A stretch of DNA of 40,041 nt from Macrostomum lignano (lineage: Eukaryota). A program made the translations under genes and the position numbers. Location: positions 1 through 40,041 of the forward strand of contig NIVC01001889.1 in NCBI GenBank assembly GCA_002269645.1. Direction: 5' to 3'. Positions 11,037 to 21,479 of the stretch are shown piece by piece. Numbering within the stretch: position 1 is the first letter of the stretch; the number at the start of each line of letters is the position of its first letter. The notes below the pieces were generated by a model. That model did not search any database and had not been told where the DNA came from. It saw only the letters and a program-made list of their open reading frames with translations.

Positions 11037-11720
11037 CCGAGGGTTTCTAGGAATTACTTACCGGAGGGTTTCTAGGAATGTACTTATCCGAGGGTTTCTA
11101 GGAATTACTTACCGGAGGGTTTCTAGGAATGTACTTATCCGAGGATTTCTAGGAATTATTACCGGAGGGTTTCTAGGAATGTACTTATCCGAGGGTTTCT
11201 AGGAATTACTTACCGGAGGGTTTCTAGGAATGTACTTATCCGAGGGTTTCTAGGAATTGCTTACCGGAGGGTTTCTAGGAATGTACTTATCCGAGGGTTT
11301 CTAGGAATGTACTTATCCGAGGGTTTCTAGGAGTTACTTACCGGAGGGTTTCTAGGAATGTGCTTATACCAGGTTTTCTAGGAATTTCCTTATATCAGGG
11401 TGCAGGCAGGGTTTTTAAGAATGTGCTTATCCGAGGGTTTCTAGGAATGTGCTTATCGGGATATCGGGAGGTTTCAAGGAATATGCTTATCGGGAGGTTT
11501 CAAGGAATATGCTTATCGGGAGGTTTCTAGGAATATGCTTATTGGGAGGTTTCTAGGAATATGCTTATCGGAAGGTTTCTAGGAATATGCTTATCAGATT
11601 TTCTAGGAATGTGCTTTAAGTCATGCCAGAGTTTCTAGCAAAATGGGATACCTTTATCGAATGATTTTAAGGAAAATGCCTATACAACGCTGTCTAGGAA
11701 TATGCTTGTCGGATGGTTTT
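11037..11720. repeat. Intronic minisatellite of alternating 25/26-bp units (51-bp dimer) gagggtttctaggaat...
   Basis: Tandem copies with 17-residue periodicity in translation; degenerates after about 11400. Confidence 0.9.
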
Positions 11721-11975
11721 TAGGAATGTACTTTTTAGTAATTTTCTTATTCACTATTTTATAAAATTGACTGGAGAACACGATGTTTTCGAAGCATATG
11801 AAAGCTGGAACTTCTGATAGTTAGATACACATCTCCATGAGCAAAGAGATTGTCCAAGAAAGCGACCTTTAAAGTCCCTAGCAAAATTGTTTTAACTAAA
11901 AGTTGATAGACTCTGAGAGGTGGATTTCAAGAGCGTTTCTAAGAAATTGAGTTCCTAGTCTTCAGCCCTACCTAC

Positions 11976-12210
11976 CAGTTTCTGCAGCTTGGACTGCTCG
12001 GGCTCCATGCTAATAACGGTAAAGTAGAACAGCCCGCCGCCCACGGTATCGAACATAGCCCGGGCGCGAGTAGAGGATTTGTCCAATCGAATAGCGAATC
12101 TCTGTCGGCGAAGGATCAGCAGATCTGGCGACCAGGCTGACTCGTTTAGCCAGGGAACGGCGCCGTGCTGGCTGCTGATCAAGCTGCGGGTGACACACCG
12201 ATAACCATTT
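11976..12210 (-). CDS. TMEM8: TMEM8-family copy B exon
   Basis: NGYRCVTRSLISSQHGAVPWLNE...GGGLFYFTVISMEPEQSKLQKL resembles TMEM8A GAAC...HFRSGAPPVINP...PGDWFVAAHLPPSSQKIELK; GTAGGT donor, phase 0. Acceptor is a weak AAG (or a 1-nt deletion after the upstream CAG). Confidence 0.65.
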
Positions 12211-12283
12211 CTTCATCGCTGATCATGCAGGCATGATCTACGCTGGCCGTGCGGCTTACTTTTTGACTGAAACTGCCACTTAC

Positions 12284-12339
12284 CTATGAAAGGAACCTAA
12301 ACCAAAATTGACGTGATTTTGGGCAAACGGCAGGAGTAA
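12284..12339 (-). CDS. TMEM8-family copy B short exon
   Basis: tcatAG acceptor, LLLPFAQNHVNFGLGSFH, GTAAGT donor (phase 2, matching the next exon); loosely resembles TMEM8A FRVPPDAVLLRWLLQVS. Confidence 0.5.
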
Positions 12340-12418
12340 CTATGACCGCATTATTAGGGCTAAATGCCGCGTCATCTACTTAGTATTAGTATATTTTCCG
12401 GATGGGCACTTTTGCGAC

Positions 12419-12504
12419 CTTGCTGATGGGGATTGGTTCAGACCAGTCACGTGACAATTTAAACCTTTTCTCATCCAGAGGTACACTTTTTGTAACTACG
12501 ACCT
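12419..12504 (-). CDS. Possible upstream exon of TMEM8 copy B
   Basis: ctcAG acceptor, open frame VVVTKSVPLDEKRFKLSRDWSEPIPISK, weak GTCGCA donor in phase 0; homology only suggestive. Confidence 0.3.
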
Positions 12505-12695
12505 CTGAGATGCTTATTTGATTGGGAAAAAAATAAACTATGTACTATTATATTCTCGTTTCTTTTTTGTCTGTTCCAGATACTTTGAAATCAGTTACTA
12601 TGCTCTGGCACTATACATGGAGCACTGAGCGTAGGGTTCGAACTCTGAACATTCCTGCTTTGATTTAGAGTTGCTACTTCGGCGTCCAAAAGATA

Positions 12696-12919
12696 GGTTA
12701 CTCTGTAGTTTACTACTCTTGCAGGTTACTTTGTAGTTTACTACTCTTGCAGGTTACTCTGTAGTTTACTACTCTTGCAGGTTACTCTGTAGTTTAATAC
12801 TCTTGCAGGTTACTCTGTAGTTTACTACTCTTGCAGGTTACTCTGTAGTTTACTACTCTTGCAGGTTACTCTGTAGTTTACTACTCTTGCAGGTTACTTA
12901 GTAGTTTACTACTCTGCAG
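12696..12919. repeat. 28-bp tandem repeat ggttactctgtagtttactactcttgca (~8 copies)
   Basis: Near-identical direct copies. Confidence 0.9.
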
Positions 12920-13087
12920 CATGCTTGGGCGCAACCTAGGGATTCACCCAGCCGTTTCTATTGGCAACACACATGTAAGTCGCCATTGGACAGAATAGTA
13001 GTCACGTGACTGCTCTCAGCCAATAGCGACTTACATGTGTGTTGCCAATAGAAACGGCCGGGCGATTCCCAAGGTTGCGCATGTATG
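12920..13087. mobile_element. 168-bp palindromic MITE, hAT-like (8-bp TSD ctctgcag)
   Basis: Near-complete palindrome centred on gtcacgtgac (13001..13010); ends CAT...ATG; ctctgcag at 12912-12919 and 13088-13095. Confidence 0.7.
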
Positions 13088-13385
13088 CTCTGCAGTACTT
13101 TACTCTGTAGTAGGCTTCTCTGTAATAGGCTTCTCTGTAGTAGGTTACTCTGTAATAGGCTTCTCTGTAATAGGCTTCTCTGTGGTAGGCTACTCTGTAA
13201 TAGGCTTCTCTGTAGTAGGTTACTCTGTAGTAGGCTACTCTGTAGTAGGTTGTTACTCTGTAGTAGGCTACTCTGTAGTAGGTTTCTCTGTAGTAGGTTA
13301 CTCTGCAATAGGCTTCTCTGCAGTACATTACTCTGTAGTAGGCTACTCTGTAGTAGGATTATCCTGAAATAAGCTACTCTATAGT
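13088..13385. repeat. 15-bp tandem repeat tactctgtagtaggc/t (~19 copies)
   Basis: Direct copies with 5-residue periodicity in translation. Confidence 0.9.
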
Positions 13386-14561
13386 ACATAATTGGTAAAT
13401 AAAAAACAAAAACAGTTTAAAAAATCCCCATGCGCCTGTCACCTTTGGCAGAATGGCACCTAGACAAAAAACAACTTCAAATACAAACCAATACCAATAT
13501 TCACAACAAACTAACCTGCTCTTTAGCACATCAATTTGGCTATATTTAATTTAATCAATATGCAAAAAGTCACATTAAAAACCATCGCATAAATCTTTCA
13601 GAAATCAAAATGAAAGAATTAAATATTCTGATTTGCAGCATGTTGATAGATGCTAGAGCAACCACATCTGATACCAATGCAAGGTGAAGATTACCTATAG
13701 GACTTTAACATAGAGTTAATAGTCCAATAGTCTACTACTGCACAATAGTAGTAGAAAATATCTAAAAGACAATGAATAAATATAATTTATAGTGAGAGAC
13801 CCAAAATCAACATGCACAAGCCTATACATAAAATTTTGTTCAAAAGAAAAAAACTATTTCCATGTGCAAAAATATTGAAAATAATGAAAACATACTTACA
13901 CATCCATTGGATAAATAGGACAACCATCATCCACTTGCAAGTTAACAGACAGACTATGTTGCCAGCCATCTTCGGAGCAATTATAGGCATAGTCTCCGAC
14001 TTTTGCACCTCATTGTAGCTGCTTATGTAGAAAAATACAGGCCTTGACCAAAAAGTTGTATCTGGACAATTTTAATATACATTTATACCTTAGATTAAAA
14101 ATCAAAACTGACATAAAATACAAACATACCTTTCAAAATTTGACTTTGTCTGGTATATACAAAGCTAACATGAATGGTATAGGATTAAAGTCTAAGGTAG
14201 TGTCTAAGGTGGAGACCACATAGAATCTTTATCCCTACCTAGCTATCCCTAATTTCTATTACCTTCCTTGGTTGTTCCAATCTAAAAATCTGCTTGTTAA
14301 ATTTCAGTGGCTAATGTACATTATGGCTAAACCAATTAGCAAGCTGTTTATATCTGCAAGCTTAATTTTTTAATTTATGAAAGTCATCTCAGTTGTCTTT
14401 ATTCTTATAAAAGCTTATGGATTCTTCATTGCTACTAAACAAAAAGTAGAAAGCTGTTTTAAAGTATATATGCCTAGGTAGCCTATTTAGTTATTTTAAT
14501 TTCTGTGGTTAATATTGACATTAAAAATTATAGCAAAATCTATCAATATAGATGCTTTATA

Positions 14562-14706
14562 CTTGGGCACAACCTACTACTTAGGAATTTACCCAGCTAT
14601 TTCCTATTGGCAACACATAAGTAATTTGCTGTAAGACAAAATATTACTCTTAGCCAATAGAAACTTATAAGTGTATATTGCCAATAGAAACAACTAGGTG
14701 ATTCCT
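14562..14706. mobile_element. Degenerate second copy of the palindromic MITE family at 12920..13087
   Basis: Shares cttgggc.caacct, cccagc, ctattggcaacaca and ttgccaatagaaac in the same order. Confidence 0.6.
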
Positions 14707-16222
14707 ATAATGGCTATAGTAAAAAAGGCTAGAATATGCTGAGATAAAACGTGGGCGATCCTTCGGTTTCCTGCTCTAAATTATTTTAATGTGATATTAT
14801 ATCATAAAGGGTTTGAATGGCGATTCTAAAATAATTAAAAAATGATCCATTCCTGCACATGGATCCATTTTGAAGGTAATGATCCCAATTCTGAAGCAAA
14901 TGATTTTGATTTTAAAGTGAATGAACCCAATCCTAAGGGAATTATCCCAACCGTGAAGTGAATTTTCCCGATCCTGAAGTGAATGATCCTGATTCTAAAG
15001 CGAATGGTTTTGATTTTGATTAGTCACTACTATCTACTGTAGTGCAACTGACTGACTAACTGTCTATATCTTCCTATATTGTATTTTTTTATTTTTTGTT
15101 ATGCTTACCTCTGTTGCGCTATTCAAACTTGTTTTATAATTATAGTATAATAATATCTAATGTTAAAATAATTTAGAGTGGGAAACCAAAGGATCACCAA
15201 AACATGGGCCTTGCTAGTGCTAGATAGGCTGATTGATATTTATTTATTTTTTGAAGTCTTCTACATTATTTTGACAAAAATTATAGGGCCTAGCTAGAAA
15301 TAGAAATTTATTTCTATATAGGGTATAAGAATTTTTTAGCAAATAGCAAATAGCATTGTTTTAAAAGCAAATAGAAAAAAGCATTTTCTAGGTTATTTTA
15401 GAAAAACTATATCTAGACCTAACAATTTTGGAAAGAATAGCCTAGAAATATGAAAAAGATCTAGGCCCAATCCAAATATAAGCCTAGGCTTAATCAAAGA
15501 AATACCTAATTGATTAGGCCCTATATGATTTTTTATATCTAACTAGTAAAAGAAATAAATATGAAATAAATATATTATACAAAAGATAGATAAGAATAGG
15601 AAAGTGAAAAGAAAACCAGAGAATATGAATTAGGAGTACTAGGTCTACAGTTATATTAGGGTCTCTTTATGTGATTGGTAACTAGACCTACTATATAATA
15701 AAAGTATTAGGCTATTGCCATTGGGCCTAAGTAGGCTTAAAGAAAATAATTTATAATAACTTACCTGATTGTACATGTGATATACAAAATGTAGATTTCA
15801 CTAAATTACAAACTAGAAGAAATAAAAGCAAATTATAATAATGTTTTTTATTAGGACTAGCCATAAAAAATTACATTTAAATTAAACTGTTACAATTTCA
15901 CTTGGGTCTTGAGATTGCTCTAAATCTATAAATGAGATTTAAAGTAGAGTAGAAGTATGGCATAAAGAAAAGCGATTTTAATCGACCTAGAACTAGGTGG
16001 AGATTTTAAGTCATATGAACTAGAAACTGAATCTAAGGATCACATATCCTGATGCACACTGATGAACTAAGATTTTAGAATAATACTAGCAATCTTCGCC
16101 CCCCGTTGGGGGACATCTGGATAGAATCTCTGTTCTCTAGAAGTATCAAAAAGATAACGAAATAAAGCCTTCACAAAGACAACAGACAAACTGCTCAAAT
16201 AAAGTGTAATGCAAAAAGAAAT

Positions 16223-16428
16223 CATCCCAAGACAGCAAGCATCCCCCAGATAGCAAGCATCCCCAGATTGCAAGCATCCCCCAGATAGCAAGCATCCCCC
16301 AGATAGCAAGCATCTCCCAGATAGCAAGCATCCCCAAAAAGCAAGCATCCCCAGATAGGAAGCATCCCCCTCCCGGATAGCAAGCAACCCCAGATAGCAA
16401 GCATCCCCAAATAGTAAGCATCCACCAG
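16223..16428. repeat. 17-bp tandem repeat agatagcaagcatcccc (~12 copies) in Helitron unit A
   Basis: Direct copies. Confidence 0.9.
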
Positions 16429-16499
16429 ACAATAAGTAGCTAGTGCAACAATTTCCTTAGCTCTATAGTGGCTCCTTTAAAATTGGCATGACGCTTACT

Positions 16500-17700
16500 T
16501 TTACGTTTGAAATTGTGTATCTTTTATGTTTGACATGGTGGCTCTTTTATGTTTGACATGGTGGCTCTTTTATGTATGACATGATGGCTCTTTAATGTTT
16601 GACATGGAGTCACATATATGTTAGACATGGTGGCTCTTTAATGTTTGACATGGTGGCTCTTTAATGTTCGACATGGTGGCTCTTTAATGTTAGGCACGGT
16701 GGCTGGTTAATTTTTGACATGGTGGTCCTTTTATGCTTGACATGGTGGCTCTTTAATGTTCGACATGGTGGTCCTTTTATGCTTAACATGGTGGCTCTTT
16801 AATGTTTGACATGGTGGTCCTTTTATGTTTGACATGGCGGCTCTTTAATGTTTGACATGGTGGCTATCTATGTTCGACATGGTGGCTCTTTTATGTTTGA
16901 CATGGTGGCTCTTTAATGTTCGACATGGTGGCTCTTTTATGTTTGACATGGTGGCTCTTGAATGTTTGACATGGTGGCTCTTTAATGTTTGACATGGTGG
17001 CTATTTATGTTCGACATGGTGGCTCTTTTATGTTTGACATGGTGGCTCTTTAATGTTTGACATGGTGGCTCTTTTATGTTCGACATGGTGGCTCTTTATT
17101 GTTTGACATGGTGGCTCTTTAATGTTTGACATGGTGGCTCTTTAATGTTTGACATGGTGGCTCTTTAATGTTCGACATATGGTGTCTCTTTTATGTTTAA
17201 CATGGTGGCTATTTTATGTTTGACATGGTGGCTCTTTAATGTTTGACATGGTGGCTCTTTAATGTTCAACATGGTGGCTCTTTAGGCCTAATGTTCGACA
17301 TATGATGTCTCTTTTATGTTTGACATGGTGGCTCTTTAATGTTTGCCATGGCGGCCCTTTTACGTTTGAAATGTTGTCTCTGTTATGTTTGACATGGTGG
17401 CTCTTTAATGTTTGACATGGTGGCTCTTTGATGTTTTGACATGTTGGCTCTTCAATGTTTGACATGGTGGCTCTTTAATGTTTGACATGGTGGCTCTTTT
17501 ATGATTGACATGGTGGCTCTTTTATGTTTGAAATGGTGGCTCTTTTATGTTTGAAATGGTGGCTCTTTAATGTTTGAAATGGTGGCTCTTTTATGATTTA
17601 CATGGTGGCTCTTTTATGTTTGACATGGTGTCTCTTCTGTGTTTGACATGGTGGCACTTTTATGTTTGACATGGTGCCACTTTTATGTTTGACATTGCGC
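16500..17700. repeat. 23-bp minisatellite gacatggtggctctttaatgttt (~50 copies) in Helitron unit A
   Basis: Direct copies over about 1.2 kb. Confidence 0.95.
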
Positions 17701-17759
17701 TTCTTTTATGTTTAGCATTTTGTGTTTTAAAGTGTTTTAATAAAAAAATTATTTTGCAC

Positions 17760-17822
17760 TACTAAGATTCGAACCCAGGTCGCTACATTAGCAGTCCAGT
17801 CTGTTCGCATCTTGGCTATCTC
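17760..17822 (-). pseudogene. Degenerate tRNA-Ser(GCT)-derived segment inside Helitron unit A
   Basis: Minus strand: tagccaagatg (A-box-like), TGGACTGCTAAT (matches the tRNA-Ser GCT anticodon arm), TGGGTTCGAATC (T-arm/B box); acceptor stem and long variable arm not intact. Confidence 0.55.
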
Positions 17823-19789
17823 TTTTCAATTGTAGAACATGAATTGTGGCCCTTATAATTCAATTCTTATAGCAAGTCAGTTAGAGTTAAAATTTATGAC
17901 ATAATCAATTTCTCAGTCAGCCAGTATCAGTCTCAATTCAAGTTAGCAATAGCTATGGTTACGCAATTACAATCAAGTCTTGTGTGCATTTTTTCAACAC
18001 TGTTTTCAACTTGTGATGCAATATTTATCAGAATTGAAATTCAGTCAGTCAGTTTTTTCTCTAGCATTCTTACAATGCATTTCAGGTCGAAAGAGCTGCT
18101 TGACCTTTGCAAAAAAGCATGTTTTTCGAATATTTAATCCCTTTAACATTGAGCAATTTCTTAGCCAAGATGCATGTACTGTCCCAGGAAAATTTCTGAT
18201 CGAATGGTGCAAGTTTGAAGAAAATTGGTTGAGCCGTTTTTTCTGAAATCTATCGCATACCTACCTACCCACATATATACAGACAACTCATTTTTAGTAT
18301 ATACTAGCAATCTACGCCCCCCGTTGGGGAGCTAAAGAAATGAAATACACGTTTTTTAATAAGCTACATGTAGCCTTGAAATCCTAAAAAATCTCCTGTC
18401 AAACTTCTAATAGCCCTAACCCCAACCCTAAACATAACCCTAAATTTAATATTTTGTCCATGAGTTTTTGCATGATGCTTCTATGATTTTTTGCATGACG
18501 CTTCCATGATTTTTGCATGACGCTTCTATGCTAAACATTTTTAATAAGCTACATGAGCTAAGTTATAAGCTACCCTAACCCTAGCACTAACCCGAATCTT
18601 AACGCTATAACCCTAACCCTAACCATATACCCTAACACTAACCCTACAGCCTGACATCTGTATAAGTTTGTGAAGCGCTAGTAGTATTTTTTTAGCTTAG
18701 TATCTTAGCGTTGGGGAGCCAAAAAATGCAGTACAAGTTTTGTAATAAGCTACATGTAGCATCACTTTGCAATATCTCTCTGCAATATTTGCATCTCTTT
18801 GCAATAATATACTGCTTTGCAAGCAGTCCCTTGTAAGCCTTGACATGTCAGTAATTCCCCCCCACAGGCTTTAACATTTCAACTTCCCCTTGACATCTCA
18901 GCGATGCTCCCCATAAGCCATGAAATCTAAAAAAATCTGTCAACTTTCTAACCCTAACCCTAACCCTAACCTAACCTAACCCTAAAGCATTGACATTTCA
19001 GTAATTCTCTCTAAGAGTCAGTATAGCACTACTACAGCATTATTGCGATTCCCTGCAAGCCTCGACATCGTAGGGATTCCCAAATGAATCTCTTAACTTC
19101 GACATGAAGCTTCTTATTTTTTACATTACGCTTTTTCTATCAGCGATCCCTCCCGTGAGGAGCCAACAAATAATGAAAAAAAGTTTTAAATAGACTACAT
19201 GTAGCTTCTGACTTTGGCCTTGACATCTCATTTATTCCCCCATGAGCCTTGACATCTCAGCTATTCCCCTCGTAAGCCTTGAAATGTCAGCAATGCCCCC
19301 CATAAACCTTGATATCTGAAAAATCCCCTGTTAACCTTGAAACCCGCTAAAATCTAACTCTCAACCCACACCGGAACTAAACCTAACTTTAACCCAACCT
19401 AGAAAACCTTGAAATCTCAACAATTCTTCTCCCTTAAGCCTTGACATTTTAGTGATTCCTTCTTTAAGAATCATAGCACTATAGCGATTCCCTCCAAGCC
19501 TTGACATCGTAGCAATTCCCAAATGAATATTTTAACTTCGATATGACTCTTCTTTTATGTATAAATAGTGCTTCTTTTCTTTTTTACATGACTCTTCTTC
19601 TATCAGCGCCCCCCCCGTGGCGAGCCAACAAAGAAGGTAATAAAAAAATTGAGTAAACTACATGTACTTTGAAGTAGCTTCTGACTTTTGCTTTGACATC
19701 TCAGAAACCCCCCCCCCCTAATCTCAGTTATTCTCCGTGAGCCTTGACATCTCAGTAATTCTCCCCAGCACAGCACAATAGCTTCATTT

Positions 19790-21075
19790 AATTTTTACAT
19801 GACACTTCTTTCATGTCTGACATGACACTTCTTTTGATTTTTACATGACGCTTCTATGATTTCTAAAATGACACTTCCATTAGTTTTTATATAAGGCTTC
19901 TATGATTTTTTACATGACGCTTCTATGATTGTTTATATGACGTTTCTATGATGTTTTAGCTCATTAGCTTTTGATGTTTGACGCTTCTATGATTTCTTAA
20001 ATGACACTTCCATTAGTTTTTATATAAGTTTTGTAATAAGTTTTGTATAAGTTTTGTAATTTTTACATGACGCTTCTACGATTGTTTACATGACGTTTCT
20101 ATGATGTTTTTACATGACGCTTCTATGATTTTTTACATGACGCTTCTATGATTTTTTACATGACGCTTTTATGATTTTTACATGACGCTTCTATGATTGT
20201 CTACATGACGCTTCTATACTTTTTTACATGACGCTTCTATGATTGTTTACAGGACGCTTCTATGATTGTTTACATGACGCTTCTATGACTTTTTTACATG
20301 ACGCTTCTATGATTTTTTTAAATGACGCTTCTATGATTTTTAAATGACGCTTCTACGATTTTTACATGACGCTTCTATGATTTTTTACATGACGCTTCTA
20401 TGATTGTTTACATGACGCTTCTATGATTGTTTACATGACGCTTCTATACTTTTTTACATGACGCTTGTATGATTTTTTTACATGACGCTTCTATGATTTT
20501 TTACATGACGCTTCTATGATTGTTTACAGGACGCTTCTATGATTGTTTACATGACGCTTCTATGACTTTTTTACATGACGCTTCTATGATTGTTTACATG
20601 ACGCTTCTATGATTTTTTAAATGACGCTTCTATGATTTTTATATGACGCTTCTACGATTGTTTACATGACGCTTTTATGATTGTTTACATGACGCTTCTA
20701 TACTTTTTTACATGACGCTTGTATGATTTTTTTACATGACGCTTCTATGATTTTTATATGACGCTTCTACGATTGTTTACATGACGCTTCTATGATTATT
20801 TACATGACGCTTCGATTTTTTTACATGACTCTTCTATGGTTTTTTACATGACGCTTCTATGATTGTTTACATGACGCTTCAATGATTCTTTAAATGACGC
20901 ATTTATGATTTTTATATGACGCTTCTACGATTGTTTACATGACGCTTTTATGATTGTTTACATGACGCTTCTATACTTTTTTACATGACGCTTGTTTGAT
21001 TTTTTTACATGACGCTTCTATGATTTTTATATGACGCTTCTACGATTGTTTACATGACGCTTCTATGATTATTTA
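19790..21075. repeat. ~22-bp minisatellite acatgacgcttctatgatt(t/g)ttt, left part
   Basis: Dense direct copies, ending abruptly at CCCAGTGG (21076). Confidence 0.95.
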
Positions 21076-21479
21076 CCCAGTGGTGCACTGGCGCCCGGTC
21101 CAACAGATGGCGCTGGGCGCCAGAACATCGAAATTTCGACGCCGAGTTTTTCACAATTTTCACTGTACTACTTACTATCGAGAGGGCGCAGAGTGGGGGC
21201 ACTGTGTAAAAAAAACACGCTTTTCATAAGTCTAGGGTCTATTATTAGTAATTTTATGTTCCTGGATCTCCATTTTTATTTGTTGAACAATTTTCAAGTC
21301 TATAACCTCATTTCAAGAAATAATACGCTCGTATGTTATCAAAATCATTCTCGGCAAAAAAGTAGCTTTTTCAGAATCTTTCAGCCAAGAATTTTTCAAT
21401 AAATGCTACTGAAAGTAGGTAACTACGAAATGAAACTTTGATGATTTTTTAAATTTCTGCTTTATGAGTGTCGTCATCA

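Larger units (their letters stand above)
16086..18303 (-). mobile_element. Non-autonomous Helitron-like unit A
   Basis: Minus-strand 3' end ccccc-aac-ggggg hairpin about 10 nt before CTAG, followed by T; minus-strand 5' end TATATACTAAAAATG; 17750..18303 is homologous to 37190..37750. Confidence 0.7.

Noticed and set aside
12610-12655. GGTTCGAAC B-box-like motif
   Set aside because: No convincing A box or cloverleaf.
12958-13389. LLQSS / YYREA / LLCSR ORFs
   Set aside because: Translations of the 15-bp repeat and the palindrome.
13900-14018. Minus-strand exon-like segment (cAG acceptor, GTAAGT donor) with a hydrophobic frame, candidate signal-peptide exon of TMEM8 copy B
   Set aside because: Joining it to the 12504 acceptor creates a TAG stop; homology not convincing. 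Left unassigned.
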